Virus record (IMG/VR): IMGVR_UViG_3300045988_009884
Source: a virus
Direction: 5' to 3' (one strand)
Length of the DNA: 43,487 nucleotides
The notes below the pieces were generated by a model. The model was not told the origin of the DNA. It saw only the letters and a program-made list of their open reading frames with translations, and made no database searches. Shown in pieces: positions 26,567 through 35,265 of this stretch (position 1 is its first letter; the number at the start of each line of letters is the position of its first letter). Made by a program: the position numbers and the translations under genes.

Positions 26567-29041
26567 ATGGAAGGGAAGAACGTATTGGCTTCGATAATGG
26601 GAAGCGTTCCTGTTATCGAAGAGGGAGAGAAGGGAGAGAAGGGCGACAAGGGAGATACTGGCGAGAGTCCGTTGATGATTACCTTCGAACCGGCTTCCCT
26701 TGTCTTCAACGCAGACGAGAAGGGAGTAATCTCTGAATCAGAGGAACTGAATCATTGGGCAGAGATTAAGGTCACGAAGGGCGATATTGTCTATGAGAGC
26801 GCACAGAAGCATTCTGAATCCTCATACGAATACACTATTGCCAGTCTCGCTGGTGTCAACTGCGAGAAGGGTAGATTCCACATGAGAGACGGAAAGGAAG
26901 AGGTCGGTGTGCTCAATATCTCGACCGTGACAATTGATAAAGAGAACGGAATCAAGATTCCTGTATCTGCCGGAGGTGTAAAGGTGGAGATACAGATTGA
27001 CGGAAAGTTGTACAATGCTTTCCTTCCGTTCTCAGTCAATATCAATTCCTTCGCAAGTTCGCTTATAAGAGACAACAAGGAGTTTCAGCAGAAGTATACC
27101 GCCATCAAGAACGAAATTGGCAGCAAGACGTCTCTTGCGCAGGTGCAGTCTCTCATCAATCAGAAGGCAGAGCTTATCAATCTAGAGGTCAGCAAGAAGG
27201 TATACCGGAGACTGAATCTTCTCGTCAACAGCTCATTCCGTAACAGGGATGCCGTTGCAATATCTCCTCTCGCTAAGATTGAGAAGAACACAGGCGTTGA
27301 TGGTGTCAATTGTCTGCATATTACGGACAAGTATTCCGGTAGTGGCGATGGCGAGTATAACGGTGCATACTGGGATGGTTCGCAAGGCTCTAGTAGTATT
27401 CCTGTAACAAAGGGAAAAGATTACACTATATCGTGTTGGATAAAGGCTGACAACGTGAAGATTCCTTTCTTCATCGAGACATTCTACACGCAGAAGCAAA
27501 CCGATACAGATAGAGAGCAGTCTACACGGAAGTACAAGGAATTTCATGTTGCGAAAATCAATACATGGGAGAGAATCGAGTTCACGATAACTGCTGATGG
27601 TGATTTTCCTTATTTGGCCGTGTGTGTGTGGTGCAACTGCAAGACGGTTGGCACAGGGGTCAAGGTTGAATCCTATATCTGCAAGCCTATGATGGAAGAG
27701 AGTAGCGAATATTCGGGATGGTATCTCTCGGAAAGCGACTATGACTATGTAGGCGGCAATCTTCTAGACAACACCAGACATCTTGTCCCGGGAGATAATC
27801 TTATCCAAAGTAACGGTATCGAGGATAATGTGTACGAAGGTGTATGCGCAATATCGCGCATCAAGAATGATACTACAGAACTCATCGAAGCCGCTAAATG
27901 GAATCTTCAAGGCAAGTTATCTGTCGGGCAAGATTACATTCTCTCTTTCCTTGCAAAGGGCATGGGGCAGTTCAATGCCTATATGTACAAGAATGGGGCA
28001 GTACTAAGTATCTTCGCAGAAGCATCCGATGGTGCTCTGATAAAAAGCAGTTCTGACGGATGTGTGGAGTTGACGGTTTCCGGGGAATGGAAACGCTACT
28101 GGGTACATTATCGTATCAATGATGATTCTCCATCCCTTGCGGAATTCATTCTCCTTCGTGTGCCAGTAGGTAATGATATCTATATCTGCCAGCCGAAGCT
28201 GGAAGCAGGAGCAACCATGACCGATTGGACAGAGCGCAAGACAGATCTCGTTGACAAGTCGACCTTGAAGAAGGCTGGCATCAATATTACAAGCGATTGT
28301 GTTGAGCTATACGGTAATCAAGTCAAGGTCAGCGCAAAGAAGGGTGGTGAGCCTTCCGCATTATTTGAGGGAGACAAGGTCTCAGCGAAACATATTGATG
28401 CCAAGTCTGTCGTGGCAGAAGCATTGAAGGCTGGAAATATTGAAGCCGGGGAAGCTATTGTCAACAATCTGAAAGTCACGAATGCAGAAGTAAGCGGCAA
28501 GGTTACTGCAACGTCCGGCTACGTAGGAAACTTTACAATTGCAGATGGAGCTATCAAGTATACGTCAGCAACGAAGACTTGTGAAGTCTGCACTAACTAC
28601 GTGCAGTATGTTGACGCATCAAAAAAACAGTCTCTTTATTTCGGATATGGAGATTCCGGAGTGAAGGCTGAGTTGACCGCAAAAGATGGCGATGATAAAG
28701 ACATGACGTGCGCGATGGTCTCCGGTGAAGACGATGTTGGTAAAAATAAGATTGTTGCATTCACGACAGCAATGACCGGATATACATCTAAGCTAACACC
28801 ATACGAGCTTAAACTTGGAGATTACTTTAATACTTACGTACAAATTAGAGTAGCAAACGATGTGAGCAATTTCGGTACTAGCAAAATAAGTCTGCCGACT
28901 ATCGGAATAAAGTGCATCGTTGACAAGAAGGCAAGTACGCTATACCTTGCGCTTGCTGGTATACCTTCCGGGAGACCATCGAGAGCAATAAATGGAATGA
29001 TATATGAAGAGAACGGAGTTTTAAAAATTTACAAAAAGTAA
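26567..29041 (+). CDS. Tail fibre / receptor-binding protein with a short collagen-like motif and two carbohydrate-binding-module-like regions
   Basis: GEKGEKGDKGDTGES Gly-X-Y triplets at residues ~21-35. Two jelly-roll-like segments (GKDYTISCWIKADN..., GQDYILSFLAKGMG...WKRYWVHY). Confidence 0.7.
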   Translation: MEGKNVLASIMGSVPVIEEGEKGEKGDKGDTGESPLMITFEPASLVFNADEKGVISESEELNHWAEIKVTKGDIVYESAQKHSESSYEYTIASLAGVNCEKGRFHMRDGKEEVGVLNISTVTIDKENGIKIPVSAGGVKVEIQIDGKLYNAFLPFSVNINSFASSLIRDNKEFQQKYTAIKNEIGSKTSLAQVQSLINQKAELINLEVSKKVYRRLNLLVNSSFRNRDAVAISPLAKIEKNTGVDGVNCLHITDKYSGSGDGEYNGAYWDGSQGSSSIPVTKGKDYTISCWIKADNVKIPFFIETFYTQKQTDTDREQSTRKYKEFHVAKINTWERIEFTITADGDFPYLAVCVWCNCKTVGTGVKVESYICKPMMEESSEYSGWYLSESDYDYVGGNLLDNTRHLVPGDNLIQSNGIEDNVYEGVCAISRIKNDTTELIEAAKWNLQGKLSVGQDYILSFLAKGMGQFNAYMYKNGAVLSIFAEASDGALIKSSSDGCVELTVSGEWKRYWVHYRINDDSPSLAEFILLRVPVGNDIYICQPKLEAGATMTDWTERKTDLVDKSTLKKAGINITSDCVELYGNQVKVSAKKGGEPSALFEGDKVSAKHIDAKSVVAEALKAGNIEAGEAIVNNLKVTNAEVSGKVTATSGYVGNFTIADGAIKYTSATKTCEVCTNYVQYVDASKKQSLYFGYGDSGVKAELTAKDGDDKDMTCAMVSGEDDVGKNKIVAFTTAMTGYTSKLTPYELKLGDYFNTYVQIRVANDVSNFGTSKISLPTIGIKCIVDKKASTLYLALAGIPSGRPSRAINGMIYEENGVLKIYKK

Positions 29042-29046
29042 TAATT

Positions 29047-29823
29047 ATGGCAATTTCAACAATCAAGGCTGGTGACTGGCTGAAAGCGAATGGTCAGATC
29101 ATCACAGACGCTAGCAAAGCTAGCATGAAAACTTATCTTGAACAGAATCTTCGTCCTTTGCAGGATGGTGTCTACATCGGCAAGATGCAGAATGACGGAT
29201 GGGGTTCTCAGACTGGAGATGAGAATGCAGTAATCGGTTCGTATAAAAGAATCGAACCATGGCAGACAACGAACATCGGTATCACGGCTGCCGATGCTGA
29301 TGCAATCGTCATCCAGCATGGTGGCTACAGGCTGGGTATTGCTCTGACCGAACCATCGGCAGTGATGAAATGGGGAAGCGTACAGGAGAGCAATTCCATT
29401 GGCTACAAGCAATCGAGCGACCTTAACACCTTCGATGGCAATGTTCGTACTGCTGGTATCATGGCGAGCAGCTTCTACAAGAACGATGACCCTGCAACGT
29501 ATGGTGTCGCTTACTGCTGGAACTACATGACGAAGCGCACGGACAATGGCAAGCCATGCCAGATTGGTAAGCACAACTGGTGGATGCCGACTATGGGAGA
29601 CGATGCGCTCATTCATCAGCACTTCGAAACTATCAATCTCGCCCTGCAGCGAATTAAGAATGCCGGAAAGCAGCGTGCAGACCTTTTGCAGCGGACGGGT
29701 TACTGGTCGTGTGTAGAGTCTTCGGGCGCGTCTGCGTGGGTTCTGGTTTTCGGCAATGGCTATCGGCACACCAATGGTAAGGTTGACAGCAGCTATCGGG
29801 TGCGTCCAGTTACGGCATTTTAA
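29047..29823 (+). CDS. DGR target (variable) protein, C-type-lectin/DUF1566-like C-terminal scaffold
   Basis: The last 128 nt are the VR. The C-terminal pattern is NWWMPT...YWSCVESSGASAWVLVFGNGY...YRVRPV. Confidence 0.85.
   Translation: MAISTIKAGDWLKANGQIITDASKASMKTYLEQNLRPLQDGVYIGKMQNDGWGSQTGDENAVIGSYKRIEPWQTTNIGITAADADAIVIQHGGYRLGIALTEPSAVMKWGSVQESNSIGYKQSSDLNTFDGNVRTAGIMASSFYKNDDPATYGVAYCWNYMTKRTDNGKPCQIGKHNWWMPTMGDDALIHQHFETINLALQRIKNAGKQRADLLQRTGYWSCVESSGASAWVLVFGNGYRHTNGKVDSSYRVRPVTAF
29690..29817 (+). repeat. DGR variable repeat (VR)
   Basis: Aligns without gaps to 30441..30568. There are 17 differences, every one opposite a TR adenine. Confidence 0.9.
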
Positions 29824-29830
29824 ACTCTTT

Positions 29831-29896
29831 ATCTCTTTTTCTCTTTAACTCTTTCCGTTCGCAGAACGGCAAGCAAGGTTGAAGGGAAGAAGAGAT
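29831..29896 (+). promoter_or_regulatory. Long imperfect hairpin/cruciform just downstream of VR (tip CCGTTC-GCA-GAACGG at 29855..29869)
   Basis: The pyrimidine-rich arm 29831..29850 pairs with the purine-rich arm 29877..29896 (16 Watson-Crick plus 4 G-T). The inner stem is a perfect 6 bp. Confidence 0.6.
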
Positions 29897-29945
29897 GCGA
29901 GCATATTTAATAATAAGTAGAACAAAAGAAATAGTGCAATAAAAA

Positions 29946-30293
29946 ATGGCTATCGCAAGCAGTCTTCCAATATATCAACAGACTTATGAACTTGTCAGTA
30001 AACTTGTGGCATGGACCGAGAATTTTCCAAGGAAATACAAATATACCTTGGGAGAGAAACTCATCAATGTTGCTCTGGAGTTATTCGAATACATTCAACT
30101 CGCAAACATGAGCATCGAGAACAGATCGCGACATCTGGCCGGATTCACAATTAAGTTGGAATTATTGAAGACCCTGCTGCGTCTCTGCTTTGATAGAGAG
30201 CTATTCTCATATAAGCAAGAGGCAGACATTTGCAGACTTACGACCATCATTGGCAGACAGGCTACAGGCTGGGGAAGGTCGGGCAGGGTTTAG
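29946..30293 (+). CDS. avd: Accessory variability determinant (Avd), four-helix-bundle protein
   Basis: 115 aa, FPRKYKYTLGEKL motif, basic C-terminus, positioned between the target gene and TR. Confidence 0.75.
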   Translation: MAIASSLPIYQQTYELVSKLVAWTENFPRKYKYTLGEKLINVALELFEYIQLANMSIENRSRHLAGFTIKLELLKTLLRLCFDRELFSYKQEADICRLTTIIGRQATGWGRSGRV

Positions 30294-30440
30294 TACTGGT
30301 CCGATTCAAAAAGTGAGAGCATGATGCGGCTACGGCTCATCGTGGAAACGATTCTCTTAATTAATGGTCTCGTCACTGTCAAGCTACATTGTCAGTTGTA
30401 CGACATTGTAGAGCAGTTAAGATGTTTAGAGCGAGAAAAT

Positions 30441-30568
30441 AGCGGACGAATTACTGGTCGTGTGTAGAGAATTCGGGCACGAATGCGTGGAATCTGAATT
30501 TCGACAATGGCAATCGGAACAACAATGGTAAGGTTGACAACAGCAATCGGGTGCGTCCAGTTACGGCA
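30441..30568 (+). repeat. DGR template repeat (TR)
   Basis: 128-nt match to VR. By hand count it has 38 adenines and carries 12 AAY codons when read in the VR frame. Confidence 0.9.
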
Positions 30569-30599
30569 CTAGTTAAGGAAAAGTGGAGAACAAACGGAA

Positions 30600-31838
30600 A
30601 TGGTAAAGGGAGAGGATATTTTGATAGCACATTATGATTGCTACAAGGGGAAGGCATCTTCTCCGGACGCAATCAGATTCGTTGTAAATCTGTTCGAGAA
30701 CGTCACAGACTTGACGGATAGTATCAACAACAGGAGCTATCAGCCTTTGCCATCCATTACATTCGTTGTCTCCAAGCCTGTCTACCGTGAGGTCTTTGCT
30801 GCGAATTATCGCGATAGAGTTATCCACCATTATATTGCGCTGAGACTTGAACCTTTATTCGAGGGTATCTTCAGCGACAGAACCTTCAATTGCCGTGTCG
30901 GCAAGGGGCAGTTGGCTGGCGTCAAGCAATTGGCGGCAGACATCAAGGAAGTGAGCGAGAATTATACGAAGTCTTGCTGGTGTCTCCGTGGTGACATGAA
31001 GGGGTTCTTCATGAGCATTGCAAGGAAGGAACTTGCAGACAAGGTCGATGCGTTCATCGTTGAGAACTATAAGGGAGACGATATTGAAGACCTACGCTAT
31101 CTTTCTCGCATCACGATCATGAACGACCCAACGAAGAACTGCATCATGCGTTCTCCGAAAGAGGAAATGGCGAAAGTTCCTGTTGGTAAGACGTTACGGA
31201 CAAGCAAGAAGGGGTGCGGATTGCCGATTGGTAACTTGACAAGTCAGCATGATGCAAACTTCGACTTGAACGACTTCGATTGGATGTTTGACATCTTCCT
31301 TCATATATACTGGCATGGAAGGTATGTTGACGATTTCTACATGATTCATGCGCAGAAGGAAGTGTTGATTGCTTCAATTCCGAAAGTCAGAGAATATCTG
31401 GCAAGAATAGGCATCACGCTCCATCCTCGGAAAATCGAGTTGCAAGAGTGCAGCCGGGGTGTCAAGTTTACCGGGATGGTTGTCAAGAATGGAAGAATCT
31501 ACGCAAGCAACAGGACGGTTGCCAATTTCGAGAATCTCATCCACCACATGAACACCCTGCCGGAAGATTACTCAATCGAGCAACTGGAGCATTACGTCAG
31601 TTTGATTAATAGCTATCTCGGCTACATGAAGCATTGCGATAGCTACGACATCAGGAAGCGCATCATTCTTAAGATGGATTTGCGGTTCTATCGGCATCTG
31701 TATGTTCAAGGTCACTACGAATGTGTTCGCATAAAGAATAGGTACAAGAGACGAAATATCGTAATAAGGAAACTCGCAAACAAGAAGAATGCAATCATTC
31801 TCCTAGATAATTATTATAATGATACGAATACCAACTGA
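30600..31838 (+). CDS. DGR reverse transcriptase
   Basis: YVDD catalytic motif, IGNLTSQ (the DGR-specific [ILV]GxxxSQ motif), and an N-terminal YREVFAANYRDRVIHH block. Confidence 0.9.
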   Translation: MVKGEDILIAHYDCYKGKASSPDAIRFVVNLFENVTDLTDSINNRSYQPLPSITFVVSKPVYREVFAANYRDRVIHHYIALRLEPLFEGIFSDRTFNCRVGKGQLAGVKQLAADIKEVSENYTKSCWCLRGDMKGFFMSIARKELADKVDAFIVENYKGDDIEDLRYLSRITIMNDPTKNCIMRSPKEEMAKVPVGKTLRTSKKGCGLPIGNLTSQHDANFDLNDFDWMFDIFLHIYWHGRYVDDFYMIHAQKEVLIASIPKVREYLARIGITLHPRKIELQECSRGVKFTGMVVKNGRIYASNRTVANFENLIHHMNTLPEDYSIEQLEHYVSLINSYLGYMKHCDSYDIRKRIILKMDLRFYRHLYVQGHYECVRIKNRYKRRNIVIRKLANKKNAIILLDNYYNDTNTN

Positions 31839-31915
31839 AAAAGAAATCGGCAAGATGCTGGATGATGGTTTCGTTGTCGTAATAGACGAAAAATCAATAA
31901 CCAAAGAAAATAGAC

Positions 31916-32365
31916 ATGAACGAAGTAATACATGAATTCCAGGTGCAGCATCTATATCTGTGCGCCTTCGTGATTTTTATCTGCTTTGCTACGATACTGG
32001 TTGCCATGACGATTGATTTAGTCGCAGGCATTCAGAAGGCGAAGGAACTTCATGTTGCAAGAACGTCGACTGGACTAAAGAAGACGTGCGACAAAGCAAA
32101 GAAGTATTTTCCTACATTTCTCATCGCTGCGCTTATGGACGTAGCTACGTGCATCATCTCGCCATTCCCTATATTCTCCATCGCGTGGACGGTATATCTA
32201 TTATCGTGCGAGTTCAAGAGCATCCGGGAAAAAGCATACGAGAAGGCCGAGATACGCAAGCAGGACCGCACAATGCAAGTAATACTGGAGAACAAGGACG
32301 AGATTGCGAAGGCGGTTGTCGAGATTATGAAGGAAGAAAGGAAGAAAGGAGAAAAAGATGGTTAA
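31916..32365 (+). CDS. Holin (Phage_holin_4-like)
   Basis: Several hydrophobic helices, DLVAGIQKAK...GLKKT motif, charged C-terminus, overlaps the endolysin start. Confidence 0.65.
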   Translation: MNEVIHEFQVQHLYLCAFVIFICFATILVAMTIDLVAGIQKAKELHVARTSTGLKKTCDKAKKYFPTFLIAALMDVATCIISPFPIFSIAWTVYLLSCEFKSIREKAYEKAEIRKQDRTMQVILENKDEIAKAVVEIMKEERKKGEKDG

Positions 32366-32885
32366 GGTTACAAGGGAACAGTTGCTGGCAATCATGCCGA
32401 ATGCAAAGAAGCGTGTTGATACTTATCTATCAATCATAAATGGATGGGCAGAGGAATTCGGTATTAATACGAAACTTCGCATGGCTCATTATCTGGCGCA
32501 AATAGCGCACGAATCCGGTGAGCTCAGATATACCAAGGAACTGGCAAGCGGAAAGGCATACGAGGGCAGGAAGAGCCTTGGCAATACTCAGCCGGGGGAT
32601 GGCGTAAGATTCAAGGGCAGGGGATTGATACAGATTACCGGGCGAGCGAATTACTCTGCTTATGCCAATTACTGCGGCTTCGATGTGGTGAGGTGCCCGG
32701 AACTGCTGGAACGTCCTCTGGGTGCAACGAAATCCTCGATGTGGGTATTCCAGAAGTTCGGCTGCAATGAGCTCGCAGACAAAGACGATATGAAGGCTAT
32801 CCGCAAGCGCATCAATGGTGGCTTCAATGGTCTTGCTCAATGCGAGGTATACTTGGGAAGGGCGAAAAAAGCCTTGAAGGTATGA
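32358..32885 (+). CDS. Endolysin, GH19 chitinase-like lysozyme
   Basis: AHYLAQIAHESGELRY...GDGVRFKGRGLIQITGRANY is the classic GH19 phage lysin signature. Confidence 0.85.
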   Translation: MVKVTREQLLAIMPNAKKRVDTYLSIINGWAEEFGINTKLRMAHYLAQIAHESGELRYTKELASGKAYEGRKSLGNTQPGDGVRFKGRGLIQITGRANYSAYANYCGFDVVRCPELLERPLGATKSSMWVFQKFGCNELADKDDMKAIRKRINGGFNGLAQCEVYLGRAKKALKV

Positions 32886-32920
32886 AAGTGTATTTAATAT
32901 GAACATCTAAACTCGAAAAT

Positions 32921-33445
32921 ATGAGAAATTCAATAAACCCCGGATTTTTGCGCTCTGTGGCGTTATTTTTCGTTTGGTGTATAATTGTGCCAGTTTTGTT
33001 TTTTGGCTGTTCTAGCGGCAAAACGGTGGAAAATAACACTATATTACGAGATAGCGTGCATCTGAGCAAGAAACAAGATACAGATAATAAGTATCTGAGT
33101 AAATGGAACAACATCTTCGCCCACGATAGCATCTACAGGAAAGATTCTGTTGTCGTGCAGATCAAGGGCGATACGGTATACAAGGACAGATGGCATCTGC
33201 TGACGAAAACTGACAAGGTGTGCATCTACAAGACTGATACGATATTCAGTGATACCCACAGGCTTGCAACAGATTCCATTGCCAGCACAAAATACATTAC
33301 GAAGTGGAAGACAAAGGAAGTCGGGAAGCAGATGAGCCTGTTAACTCGCATTAGGCTAATAATAGGAGATTGTTTTCTTCTGTTTCTTGGTCTCACGCTG
33401 CTTCAAGCAATCCTCGTGAGGTGGAAAAAGAAGGATAAAAAATAA
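32921..33445 (+). CDS. Unimolecular-spanin-like lipoprotein (N-terminal lipobox plus C-terminal TM helix)
   Basis: Signal peptide ending in FFGC (lipobox Cys). C-terminal LIIGDCFLLFLGLTLLQAILV followed by KKKDKK. Sits directly after the endolysin. Confidence 0.5.
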   Translation: MRNSINPGFLRSVALFFVWCIIVPVLFFGCSSGKTVENNTILRDSVHLSKKQDTDNKYLSKWNNIFAHDSIYRKDSVVVQIKGDTVYKDRWHLLTKTDKVCIYKTDTIFSDTHRLATDSIASTKYITKWKTKEVGKQMSLLTRIRLIIGDCFLLFLGLTLLQAILVRWKKKDKK

Positions 33446-33526
33446 ATACGTGTTCTAATATCTTTTTATACTTTTACCTATTATATTGCGCAAGCGTGTG
33501 CAAAGGTAGGTTTTGTTTGTTCTCAG

Positions 33527-33558
33527 AAGCAGGGCGCAGGGATGCGGTCTGCTTTTTT
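33527..33558 (+). terminator. Rho-independent terminator after the lysis cassette
   Basis: AAGCAG...CTGCTT stem extended by GC pairs, followed by a T run. Confidence 0.55.
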
Positions 33559-33676
33559 GGTTAGAAAATGAACATGAAAATGCAAACAAAATTAAAATAC
33601 AACGGTGTTTGAAAAGAAAACACAAAATAAAAGTTAAATTATCGGGAAAATCATTCGGAGTATCGAAAAATATTAA

Positions 33677-33684
33677 TATCTTTG
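33677..33684 (+). promoter_or_regulatory. Bacteroidota -7 promoter motif TATCTTTG for the post-lysis small-gene operon
   Basis: Exact TAnnTTTG, 56 nt upstream of ATG 33740. Confidence 0.55.
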
Positions 33685-33739
33685 CGACGTGTTTGAGATA
33701 CAGACACTTAATCATTCGGCAATTAAAAAATATAGAATT

Positions 33740-33994
33740 ATGAAAAAGTCAACAGTTAAGGCAAACGTTTTAGAGTTCACTACTAAGTTCATCAACTCTA
33801 ACTTCCGTATCAAGGTCTTCGGACATACAGAGGATGGAAAGAAGATAAACACTCTCGTAGGTGTAAGCGGTATCTTGAAGCTCATCGGTGCAGAGTTATT
33901 CAACAAGTTCATCAAGAGAGCATTGAAGGCTGGTGCAGATGCTTGCAGATGCGCTCTCCGCAGGGGTCTGGTTGTAACATTGTATGCTAAGTGA
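33740..33994 (+). CDS. Hypothetical 84-aa protein
   Basis: ATG 33740 is in frame with the track ORF 33689..33994 and downstream of the promoter motif. Confidence 0.55.
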   Translation: MKKSTVKANVLEFTTKFINSNFRIKVFGHTEDGKKINTLVGVSGILKLIGAELFNKFIKRALKAGADACRCALRRGLVVTLYAK

Positions 33995-34012
33995 TTATAG
34001 GAGATTAAAACC

Positions 34013-34243
34013 ATGGCAAGAGCAAAATATTACATCAAGAAACAGGTTGAAGGCGAGGAAATCGATGAGTTGGCAAACTTTACACGCAAGGACAAGGCAG
34101 AGCAATTCTTGAACGGCTTGTTTAGGGAATATAAAAAAACCGATAATTTTTATCCTCACTGGGTACGCCAAGGTTATTTCAAGACTGAATTTGCATGCTT
34201 AGGATTGAATCGTACAACAGAGTATTGGATAGAAAAGTATTAA
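34013..34243 (+). CDS. Hypothetical 76-aa protein
   Basis: Track ORF, coding-strand packing. Confidence 0.5.
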   Translation: MARAKYYIKKQVEGEEIDELANFTRKDKAEQFLNGLFREYKKTDNFYPHWVRQGYFKTEFACLGLNRTTEYWIEKY

Positions 34244-34279
34244 CCAGCAGGGCGCAAGCCCTGCACAATATATCAAGAT

Positions 34280-34507
34280 ATGAAACAGTACATTTTGAAC
34301 GGCAAAAATAGCCTTGGGCAAGTTGATAGTCACATCGAAGACTACAGAACCAAGGAGAGAATGAAGCAGGGATTCTCTCGTATCAAGGAAGTCTTTAGAA
34401 ACAACCCACAAGCAGAAGTGCTGGAAGAAGGAGACAGACACTTCAAGGTTAAAATGAGTGGAGTGACATTCAAATATTACATCACGGAACGAGAAATATC
34501 AGAATAA
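34280..34507 (+). CDS. Hypothetical 75-aa protein
   Basis: Track ORF. Size and helix-then-strand layout are similar to 34013..34243. Confidence 0.5.
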   Translation: MKQYILNGKNSLGQVDSHIEDYRTKERMKQGFSRIKEVFRNNPQAEVLEEGDRHFKVKMSGVTFKYYITEREISE

Positions 34508-34514
34508 ATAGGCA

Positions 34515-34904
34515 ATGGATAAGATACATGTAGAATTGACCGAGAAGGAATATGAAGCATTGAGCGTCCTTCTCGATGCGTATAAGCGTCACAGAACATC
34601 CGATGAGGGTTTGGCGAACATTTCAGAAATGAAGTTCCTTCCTCATACAGACAGAGCAATATTAAACATTAAAAAACAATTTGACATGGGCAGCATCACT
34701 GAGAAGAACAACAGCGTAAAGTTTCTAGCGTTGACCGGGAAACAACTGGCAACGCTTCGCAATCTCCTGACGAGTGTTACGGATTTCACAACTGAAATCG
34801 GAAACGGATATCATCAGATGAAGAAGGATGACACGATCATCCATCCTAAGAGTTTTGAACAATATAAGGAATTGAAGAGCATCGTCTGGAAGGCTCAATT
34901 TTAA
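34515..34904 (+). CDS. Hypothetical 129-aa protein with two similar helical motifs
   Basis: LTEKEYEALSVLLDAY and LTGKQLATLRNLLTSV repeat within the ORF. Confidence 0.55.
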   Translation: MDKIHVELTEKEYEALSVLLDAYKRHRTSDEGLANISEMKFLPHTDRAILNIKKQFDMGSITEKNNSVKFLALTGKQLATLRNLLTSVTDFTTEIGNGYHQMKKDDTIIHPKSFEQYKELKSIVWKAQF

Positions 34905-34941
34905 AATCATCAGCCCTCGACATCACGGTTAAGTCAGTTAT

Positions 34942-35253
34942 ATGATTACGATTACCAATATTAGGTTTAATAAGATTGTTGCAAAGAACAATTTTAAATG
35001 GGAGAACACCGGATATCTTAAGGACGTTCTCGAAGAAGATAGTGAGAAAGAAGGTCTCAAAGGAATTGTTGAATCTGAAAAGGAAGCGAAGGAGTTCTTC
35101 CTTGATAAAGGTCACGAAGATATTAAGAAGAGTGTTGCCGGGGAAGCGATAGCATTTCTTGCTGATGGCTCAGCCGTATCAGTAAGATTGATACAGATTG
35201 AGTGCTTTGGTCTCCTTCAATTCAGATACGTAATTAAGGTTAGAAACATATAA
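34942..35253 (+). CDS. Hypothetical 103-aa protein
   Basis: Track ORF. Confidence 0.5.
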   Translation: MITITNIRFNKIVAKNNFKWENTGYLKDVLEEDSEKEGLKGIVESEKEAKEFFLDKGHEDIKKSVAGEAIAFLADGSAVSVRLIQIECFGLLQFRYVIKVRNI

Positions 35254-35265
35254 ATCGAGAGTAAT

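Noticed and set aside
27619-27630. GT dinucleotide run (GTGTGTGTGTG) in the tail-fibre gene
   Set aside because: It is short, lies within a coding region (AVCVWCNC), and slippage would break the frame. It is probably just a codon coincidence.
29056-29769. 237-aa minus-strand ORF antisense to the DGR target gene
   Set aside because: It is a shadow ORF of a well-supported + strand gene. Its composition is Arg/Leu/Ser-rich and unlike real proteins, and nothing else on the minus strand supports it here.
30451-30830. Two minus-strand ORFs (30451..30672, 30573..30830) overlapping TR and the RT start
   Set aside because: The region is explained by TR and by the motif-supported RT on the + strand.
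31819-31935. 38-codon ORF overlapping the RT stop and the holin start
   Set aside because: It overlaps both flanking, well-supported genes in different frames. There is no independent evidence for it.
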